64,000 bases of DNA. It comes from Gammaproteobacteria bacterium (lineage in GTDB: Bacteria; Pseudomonadota; Gammaproteobacteria; Steroidobacterales; Rariloculaceae). This document shows, piece after piece, positions 56,072 to 64,000 of the stretch. Positions within the stretch are counted from its first letter, which is position 1. Each line of letters begins with the position of its first letter. A program made the position numbers and the translations under genes. The stretch lies in NCBI GenBank assembly GCA_022819855.1, contig JAJEGN010000011.1, forward strand, positions 184,465 through 248,464. The letters are read 5' to 3'. The notes beneath the pieces were generated by a model that did not search any database, had not been told where the DNA came from, and saw only the letters and a program-made list of their open reading frames with translations.

Positions 56072-56527
56072 TCACAGAACCTTTATCATCTGAATGCAGG
56101 GATTGTGTGGATCCCAAAGCTCGGGAAATTCCTGGAGAGGAACGAATCCCATACGCGCGTAGAATCCACGCGTTTGTTCATACGCTGCATTGTCCAGGCT
56201 CGCACTGACGGTCTTGACTTGCAGAAAGCGCGTGTTCCTGCTTCGTAGCCAGTGTTCCGCATGTTCCAGGAGCACTCGGCCAAGACCCTCGCCTCGGTGC
56301 GTTCGGTGGACGGCCATGCAGTGCACTTCCGAAGACTCGGGAAAGTGCTGATTGAGTGAAATGAACGCTATAGCCTTCCGTTTTTCCATCAACGCGAAGG
56401 TTGGCAGCCGAAGGGTGGCGTCCGCGTAGTTCACAAGACCTTCCTCGATCCCGAACCATTCAGGAAGACTGCGCAATATCGCTTCACATTGCGCCCGGAT
56501 GTCCAATTCTGGTCCGACGACTTGCAA
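56072..56527 (-). CDS. GNAT-family N-acetyltransferase
   Basis: VHCMAVHRTHRGEGLGRVLLEHAEHW is the acetyl-CoA binding motif A (R/Q-x-x-G-x-G/A). ...YARMGFVP. The gene is A/T-richer than its neighbours by eye. Confidence 0.85.
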   Translation of the reverse strand: MQVVGPELDIRAQCEAILRSLPEWFGIEEGLVNYADATLRLPTFALMEKRKAIAFISLNQHFPESSEVHCMAVHRTHRGEGLGRVLLEHAEHWLRSRNTRFLQVKTVSASLDNAAYEQTRGFYARMGFVPLQEFPELWDPHNPCIQMIKVL

Positions 56528-56584
56528 GCTCCCTTTAACTCCCCTGAATCAAGGCATGTGAACGCTTCTTGTCGAAGGCGCGTT

Positions 56585-57292
56585 TCAGTCTTCAAGACTT
56601 GAGCCGTAGGATCCGATCGTGCAGTCGTAGGGATAGACCGGATATTGCGCAGGCACATATTCGGTCGTCCAGGTGACCGGACCCGAATAGTATTCCGGGT
56701 CCACGACTGAGCGCTCGACCATCAGCAGCTGCTGCTCCCGGTCGAGCGTGAACCGCTCGGTAGCGACCGCAGCGTCGGTATACGGTGCAACACCCTCCAT
56801 ATTGATCCAGCCCGGGAGCAGATTTCGCGTCTCCACCACCAGCGTGTCGTCCTCCCAACGGCCGATCGAGTATCCCACCAGGCTTGGAGGGTAGTCGGCG
56901 GGAAACTCGGTCTGATCGAGGAAGACCCTGCGCACGGTATGGTTGTATTCGTACAGGATGGTGACCTGGTTCTCCGAGACGATCATCTCCATGGGAAAGC
57001 TCGACACGGTATTTACCCGGCCCCAGTCGATCAGGCAGCGCAAGATGTTGTCGGTGGCCTGATCGTATGCATCCATTACGGCCTGAGCCGCGGGCGTGAT
57101 ATGCGAGATATCGGGACGATCGACGCCTGAAGAGGCGCGAATCCAGACGCCTGTCATCTGGTTCCGGTCTGGTCGCGGTTCCTGTGCGTACGCGGGCAGT
57201 ACAACGAGCAACGCCAGCAGCGGGACGAACCAGTGGCTGAACGCTCGAGTCCCCATGCCTCGGGGCCGGTTCCTGAATGATCGAGTAGGCAT
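56585..57292 (-). CDS. Secreted protein, unnamed family (paralogue 4 of 4)
   Basis: MTGVW ... GYSIGRWEDDTLVVETRNLLPGWINMEGVAPYTDAAVATERF ... VVDPEYY. The ATG at 57292 lies 4 nt after the upstream stop; an alternative ATG is at 57256. Confidence 0.7.
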   Translation of the reverse strand: MPTRSFRNRPRGMGTRAFSHWFVPLLALLVVLPAYAQEPRPDRNQMTGVWIRASSGVDRPDISHITPAAQAVMDAYDQATDNILRCLIDWGRVNTVSSFPMEMIVSENQVTILYEYNHTVRRVFLDQTEFPADYPPSLVGYSIGRWEDDTLVVETRNLLPGWINMEGVAPYTDAAVATERFTLDREQQLLMVERSVVDPEYYSGPVTWTTEYVPAQYPVYPYDCTIGSYGSSLED

Positions 57293-57296
57293 GGCC

Positions 57297-57758
57297 CTAA
57301 ACCGACTCGTCTTCAAGCTGGATCTGATTCACCCCGTCACCGATCCCCTCGGCCGTGTTCTCGCCGGTGTCCTGGCGCAGCCCGATCCAGACCCTCCATT
57401 CGTCGGCCGGGCGAAAAATGCTTCTGAGATGCAATCCCGGGCGGCCTTCCCTGGCGCGCTCACCGGTCACCCGGACCACGTCACCCACCGTGAGGCTCGC
57501 GATCGTCAAACCGCGCCGATAAAGCGCGCCGAGCGGCCAAGTTTCTCCCGCCCATACTTCGGTTCCGTCCGCCCCTTCGACCTCGATAAAGATGCGACTG
57601 TGCGGGCTCGTCAGATTGACCTCTGCAACTGTTCCTTCGAGGATGACGACATCGTCCCGGTCATACTCGACGACCCAGGTGTGGTGCGCCGCCACCGCTC
57701 CGGGCACTACGACAATAAGAACGGCGATGATCTTGTGAAAGGTCTTCGACAGGTACAT
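57297..57758 (-). CDS. Small exported AHH-motif protein (recalled as DUF6152-like), paralogue of 13120..13539
   Basis: Leader IIAVLIVVVPGAVAAHHTW. LEGTVAEVNLTSPHSRIFIEV ... VGDVVRVTG. Confidence 0.7.
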   Translation of the reverse strand: MYLSKTFHKIIAVLIVVVPGAVAAHHTWVVEYDRDDVVILEGTVAEVNLTSPHSRIFIEVEGADGTEVWAGETWPLGALYRRGLTIASLTVGDVVRVTGERAREGRPGLHLRSIFRPADEWRVWIGLRQDTGENTAEGIGDGVNQIQLEDESV

Positions 57759-57876
57759 CGAACACTCCATTTGACGTCCCGATTCCTGAAGTTAGCACGA
57801 CCTTCAGGCGCACACATCACTAAGAATTGGCGCCTGTCTGCGCCTGCCGTCGGCGCACCGGTTGATCGGCGGCCCG

Positions 57877-60800
57877 CTAGCTGCTCGAAGCGAGAACGTC
57901 CTTGCCGGAGTGCCGGCTGCCCTTCCCGAACCGATCGCCCAGCACGAGCAGGCAGGGCGTGAGCACGAGCGTGAGCACGGTCGCGAACGCAAGCCCGCCG
58001 GCAACAGCAGTCGCAAGTTGCGTCCACCACTGCGTCGAGGGTCCGCCGAAGTCGATGTTGCGGCCGAGCAGGTCGACGTTCATGCCGAGCACCATCGGGC
58101 TCAGGCCGAGGATCGTCGTTATCGTGGTCAGGAGCACCGGTCTCAGGCGTTGGGCACAGGCCAGAAGCGCCGCCTCCACGGCCGTCGGAACCGTCGGGCG
58201 CATCGCGTTGTAGGTGTCGATCAGCACGATGTTGTTGTTGACGACGATGCCCGCGAGCGCGATGACCCCGATGCCGCTCATGACGACCCCAAAGGGCTGA
58301 TCGGTGACGAGCAACGCGAGCAGTACGCCCACGGTCGAAAAGAGGACGGCGGAAAGGATCAGGAGCGCCTGGTAGAAGCTGTTGAACTGCGTGACGAGGA
58401 TGATTGCCATGAGAAACAGCGCGATCGCGAATGCCCGCGTGAGGAATTCCTCGGCCTGACGCTGTTCCTCGTCTTCGCCCTTGAACGCGACGTTGACCGA
58501 GGGGTCGAGCGGATTCTGGACGAGCCACTGCCCAATCTCGCCGATCTTGTCGTCGGCCAGGATGTCGTCCGGGACGTCCGCATTGATCGACATGACCCTG
58601 ACGCCGTCGGTTCGCTGCAGGTTGCCGACCCTCGGGGCGGCCACTCTCTGGACGAAGTTGCCGACCGGCACGGCGCCCGTCGCCGACATCACGCGCAGCC
58701 GGTCGAGCTGGCTCAGCGTGCGGTCGTCGTCGGGGAACCTTACCCGGATGTCGACCTCGTCGTCGGCGTCGTTCGGCCGGTAATCGCCGATCAGGATGCC
58801 GTTCGTGACGAGCTGGATCGAACTGCCCACGGTTGCGATGTTGGCGCCGAAACGGGCCGCCTGTTCGCGGTCGACATTCATCGTCCAGTCGATGCCGGGC
58901 ACGGGCCGGGTGTCGGTGATGTCGATGATGTCGCCGATCTCGTCGAGCCCGGCGCGCAGCGTCGCCACCGCGTTGCCCAGCAGCTCGGGCCGCTGCGACG
59001 ACAACTCGAGGACGATCGGCTTGCCCTGGATCGGCCCGGCTTCGTCCGCCTGGGGCTCCACGACGATGCCGGCGATGTCCGCCGTGCGGGCACGAATCTC
59101 GGTGAAGAGTTCCTCCGCGGGCCGGCGCAGCCACCAGTCGATGAAATCGACCTGAACGCGGCCGATGATGTCTTCGGCGATGTCGTTGCCGAGTTGTATG
59201 CCGCTGCGCGCGTAGAGGGATTCGAATTCCGGCATGTCGAGAATGCGTGCCTCGACGGACCGAACGAGCTGGTCGCGTTCGTCCACCGAAAGATCGCCGC
59301 GCGCGTGGATGTTCAGCATCGCAATCTCGGGCTCGATTTCGGGGAAGAACTCGAAACCGCGGCCGAGCCCGGCATAGGCGCCGATGGAGCCGGCAAGCAG
59401 GGCGATGGCGATGGCGAGCACCTTCGCCGGGTGCGCCAGGGCCGTGCGCAGCAAGGACACGTAGGCGACCGTTGCGCCCCGCGCATGCGGCAAGATTTCC
59501 TGGGCCGTCTCGAACACCGCGGAATCGGGTCGGTGCCGTGCCGTCCCGGAGGCGTGTTCATGCCGTCTGGCGATTACGGAACCGACGGTCGGCACGAACA
59601 GCAAGGCCATCGCGAGCGAGGCCGTGAGTGTGGCAAGCAGCGTGATCGGCATGTATTTCATGAACTCGCCGACCATGCCCGGCCAGAACAGCAGCGGCAG
59701 GAAGGCCGCGAGCGTCGTCGCCGTGGAAGCCGTGATCGGCCAGGCCATGCGTTTGGCGGCCCGCATGTACGCTTCGGTTGGGCCGAGGCCCCGGTCAAGA
59801 TTGCGCGCGGCAAGCTCGACCACCACGATCGCGCCGTCCACGAGCAGGCCGATCGCCATGATCAGCGCGAACAGCACGACGATGTTCATGCTGTAACCGA
59901 GCGCATAGATCGCCAGGATGCCGGTCAGGAACGCGCCCGGGATGGAAATCCCCACGAGGCTCGCCGAACGCAGGCCGAGCGCGCCGAGTATGACGATCAT
60001 GACGAGCAGGATGGCGAGCGCGACGTTGTTGGCGAGGTCGCTGAGCATGATGCGGACTTGCGTTGACCTGTCCTGCGTGAAGGTCACCTGGATGTTGTCG
60101 GGCCATTCGGCCTGCGCGGCCAGAACCGTATCCCGGACTTGGTCGACGACCTCGATCATGTTGGTGCCGAGCCGCTTGGTGACCTCGAGCACAACCGCAC
60201 GCTCGCCGTCGATGCGTGCATAGCCCGTGGGGTCCTTGAAAGTCCGCCTGACCGTCGCGACATCCGCGAACGTCACGGTGCCGAGACCGTCGGTCTTGAT
60301 CGGCAGCGAGAACATGTCCTCGAGGCCTTCGAAAACGCCCGGGACCTTGACCGAAAACCTGCCTTGCCCGGTGTCCAGCGCGCCCGCGGCGACGAGCCGG
60401 TTGCTCTGCTGAACGACGTTGTAGATGTCCTCGTAGCTCAGGTTGTAGCTTTCGACGGCGACAGGGTCGACGATGATTTCGACGAGTTCCTCCCGGTCGC
60501 CGCCGATGTCCGCCTGCAGCACCCCGGGGAGGCCTTCGAGCGTGTCGCGGAGGTTGCGTGCGAGCGTGACGAGCGTTCGCTCCGGAACGTCGCCGTGCAG
60601 CATGACCACCAGCACGGGGAAGAGCGCGATGTTGATCTCCCGAATGATCGGCTCTTCGGAGTCCGTCGGGAGTTCGGCCTTGGCGAGATCGACCTTCTCG
60701 CGGACATCGCCGAGCGCCAGCTCCGGGTCGAAACCTGCTTCGAATTCGAGGATCAGCACGCCGCTGCCTTCGGCAGCCGTCGCGCGCATCTCCTTGAGGC

Positions 60801-61029
60801 CCTCGATCGTGCGCAGCTCCTGCTCCATCGGCCGGATCAGCAGGCGCTCCGCATCTTCCGGGGAAATCCCTTCGTGAATGATGTTGACGTACAGGAGCGG
60901 GATCGGGATGTCGGGCTCCGCTTCCTTCGGGATCGAGATGTAGCTTGCGATGCCCGTGACAATCAGCACGGCCAGCACGAGCAGGGTAGGGCGCGGCCGG
61001 GTGACGACGGCGCTGATCAGCGCGTTCAT
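57877..61029 (-). CDS. RND-family efflux transporter, inner-membrane permease (AcrB/HAE-type)
   Basis: 1050 aa with a 12-TM RND layout. The N-terminus is typical of the family and large periplasmic loops are present. Confidence 0.92.
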   Translation of the reverse strand: MNALISAVVTRPRPTLLVLAVLIVTGIASYISIPKEAEPDIPIPLLYVNIIHEGISPEDAERLLIRPMEQELRTIEGLKEMRATAAEGSGVLILEFEAGFDPELALGDVREKVDLAKAELPTDSEEPIIREINIALFPVLVVMLHGDVPERTLVTLARNLRDTLEGLPGVLQADIGGDREELVEIIVDPVAVESYNLSYEDIYNVVQQSNRLVAAGALDTGQGRFSVKVPGVFEGLEDMFSLPIKTDGLGTVTFADVATVRRTFKDPTGYARIDGERAVVLEVTKRLGTNMIEVVDQVRDTVLAAQAEWPDNIQVTFTQDRSTQVRIMLSDLANNVALAILLVMIVILGALGLRSASLVGISIPGAFLTGILAIYALGYSMNIVVLFALIMAIGLLVDGAIVVVELAARNLDRGLGPTEAYMRAAKRMAWPITASTATTLAAFLPLLFWPGMVGEFMKYMPITLLATLTASLAMALLFVPTVGSVIARRHEHASGTARHRPDSAVFETAQEILPHARGATVAYVSLLRTALAHPAKVLAIAIALLAGSIGAYAGLGRGFEFFPEIEPEIAMLNIHARGDLSVDERDQLVRSVEARILDMPEFESLYARSGIQLGNDIAEDIIGRVQVDFIDWWLRRPAEELFTEIRARTADIAGIVVEPQADEAGPIQGKPIVLELSSQRPELLGNAVATLRAGLDEIGDIIDITDTRPVPGIDWTMNVDREQAARFGANIATVGSSIQLVTNGILIGDYRPNDADDEVDIRVRFPDDDRTLSQLDRLRVMSATGAVPVGNFVQRVAAPRVGNLQRTDGVRVMSINADVPDDILADDKIGEIGQWLVQNPLDPSVNVAFKGEDEEQRQAEEFLTRAFAIALFLMAIILVTQFNSFYQALLILSAVLFSTVGVLLALLVTDQPFGVVMSGIGVIALAGIVVNNNIVLIDTYNAMRPTVPTAVEAALLACAQRLRPVLLTTITTILGLSPMVLGMNVDLLGRNIDFGGPSTQWWTQLATAVAGGLAFATVLTLVLTPCLLVLGDRFGKGSRHSGKDVLASSS

Positions 61030-62192
61030 AGCCGCGCGGGGAGTTCGTTGCCTGGCTGCTTGGATTCTGAAAGTTCGCCGCGGCCGCCTTGCGCGGTCGG
61101 GTCGGGAACGGGCGCGACGAGCTGTCCGTCGGTCACGAAGCCCTGGCCGATGGTGATCAGGCTGACTTCGTCGGGCAGGCCCGTGACGCCGACGCCGTCA
61201 GTTGTGGAGCTCACGATCTCCACGGGATAGAACCGCACCTGGCTGAACTCGTCGACCGCCTTGACGCCGATGTTGCCGGCGTCGTCGAGCGTCAACAGGG
61301 CGGCGGTCAGGAAGTGCGCCGTGATCTCGTCGGCGGCCAGATACATCTCGGCGGTCATTCCCGCCCTGAACTCGCCGGCGGGGTTCGGAACCGCGAGTTC
61401 GACGCGGAACGTTCGCGTACTCGCCGCCGCAACCGGGGCGAGGTAACGGATCGTGCCCTCGACGGTCTGTCCGCTGACCAGGCGCGCGGTCCCTGCGTTG
61501 CCTACGCTGATCGAGGCGACGTTACGTTCGTTGACTTCGCCGACGATCAGCAACGGGTCGGTGTCGACGACCCGGGCGACCATGTCTCCGGACCGGACAT
61601 AGTCGCCGACTTCGACCTCGCGCTCGTCAAGGACCGCATTGAAGGGCGCCCTGATTCGCGTGTGGCGAAGGTCGACGAGAATCTGTTCGAGATTCGCACG
61701 CGCGGCGACGAGATTGGCGCGGGCCTCCGCGATCTGGACGTCGGAAATGAGTCGTCGGTCCTCGAGGTCCAGGGCGGCCTCGTACTGCAGCTCGCGTTGC
61801 GCGATCAGTGCTTCTGCTTCGTCGAGGCGCGCTTCGAGGTCGCGCATGTCGAGGCTCACGATGAGCTGGCTCTGCCCGATACGGCTGCCGCGCTCGGCGC
61901 CGAGTTCGACGACGCGGCCGTCCATCTCCGCGCGGATCTCCACGACCCGGTTCGGCTCCGTGCGGGCGCTGACAGTGATTTCGCGCGTGATCGTGCGGGC
62001 GATGGACCGTTGCACCGACACGGCCTGCGGTGCGGTCGTCGCTCCGGATGCGTTTGCGCCGGCGCCGGCACCTGGACCTGACGCGTTACCGATGTAGCCG
62101 CTCAGCATCCACAAGGCCACCGCGAGCGCCACGGCAGCAGCCATGGCGACTGAACTGATTGTGGTGACTCGTTTCATCCGCTTGAGCAGCAA
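61026..62192 (-). CDS. RND efflux periplasmic adaptor (membrane fusion protein)
   Basis: N-terminal TM, coiled-coil hairpin region (LEARLDEAEALIAQRELQYEAA...ARANLEQILVDL), beta-barrel C-terminus. There is a 4-bp overlap with the permease gene. Confidence 0.88.
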   Translation of the reverse strand: MLLKRMKRVTTISSVAMAAAVALAVALWMLSGYIGNASGPGAGAGANASGATTAPQAVSVQRSIARTITREITVSARTEPNRVVEIRAEMDGRVVELGAERGSRIGQSQLIVSLDMRDLEARLDEAEALIAQRELQYEAALDLEDRRLISDVQIAEARANLVAARANLEQILVDLRHTRIRAPFNAVLDEREVEVGDYVRSGDMVARVVDTDPLLIVGEVNERNVASISVGNAGTARLVSGQTVEGTIRYLAPVAAASTRTFRVELAVPNPAGEFRAGMTAEMYLAADEITAHFLTAALLTLDDAGNIGVKAVDEFSQVRFYPVEIVSSTTDGVGVTGLPDEVSLITIGQGFVTDGQLVAPVPDPTAQGGRGELSESKQPGNELPARL

Positions 62193-62342
62193 TCGTCCGT
62201 TCCGTCGGTGCTGTCCGCAAGCTCGGACGGCGCTTGCGGCAGGGCGGTTGTCGTGTTGACCGCCGGGCGTTCGATGTCAGCGCTTGATGCTTGGAGGGTG
62301 AAGTGCCGAAAAAGTTCTGAGGGCGTCAGTAGGCGCTTTGCG

Positions 62343-62355
62343 AATCGCGATTATA
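62343..62355 (-). promoter_or_regulatory. Possible -10 element (TATAAT on the minus strand, 62350-62355) overlapping a perfect 10-bp palindrome AATCGCGATT (62343-62352), upstream of the RND operon
   Basis: Read directly. No convincing -35 element was found. It lies about 150 nt upstream of the adaptor start. Confidence 0.25.
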
Positions 62356-62451
62356 CACGCTGAAGGCCGATCGTTTGCTGTCTCATTTATGCGTCGGCGG
62401 CGTGAATTCGTGTCGATCGGCCGACCGGGCGGCGTGGAATACGGAGACTGC

Positions 62452-63981
<1,530 letters not shown>

Positions 63982-64000
63982 GATGAGTCATTGTACCGGG

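Noticed and set aside
57707-60066. 475-aa minus-strand and 734-aa plus-strand ORFs overlapping the RND permease
   Set aside because: These are shadow ORFs. The 57877..61029 frame gives a canonical 12-TM RND protein.

Overview
High-GC bacterial chromosomal segment (G+C judged by eye, not computed). Gene content suggests an aerobic proteobacterium, but taxonomy cannot be settled from the sequence. I call about 60 protein-coding genes. I recognised no rRNA, tRNA, CRISPR array, transposase or integrase. Many long ORFs in the six-frame track are off-frame or antisense shadows typical of GC-rich DNA and were discarded.

Backbone genes: many Sec/Tat-exported proteins, a GMC oxidoreductase, an M3 peptidase, a CaCA antiporter, an FKBP isomerase, an aldo/keto reductase, an RND efflux pair and mmsA.

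Main observations:
1. An accessory region at about 39.6-53.6 kb, whose core (about 41.0-49.0 kb) is visibly A/T-richer. It holds two WYL-domain regulators, three divergent PD-(D/E)xK nuclease-fold paralogues, a DUF2779 (Cas4-like plus RNase H-like) protein, a DnaB helicase, HigBA, a tail-less DnaQ-like exonuclease and a double AAA+ ATPase. It ends against a 5'-truncated sulfatase gene. Two sub-modules look like uncharacterised defence-type systems: WYL plus two nuclease-fold genes, and AAA+/WYL/exonuclease.
2. An E1-like ThiF/MoeB enzyme, a six-Asp-box BNR propeller and a MoaD/ThiS-like protein ending in Gly-Gly lie together at 16.4-19.4 kb.
3. A three-gene module (exported ankyrin, Tat-DUF1552, di-haem DUF1592-family protein) occurs twice, with permuted gene order.
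4. An unnamed secreted-protein family has four paralogues. Two of them are paired with an AHH-leader small protein.
5. A tightly coupled DUF1538-DUF1538-PII-CBS operon.
6. A 97-bp tandem hairpin element whose two copies differ by a compensatory substitution.

All family assignments rest on motifs read from the translations and on memory of those families. No database search was run.
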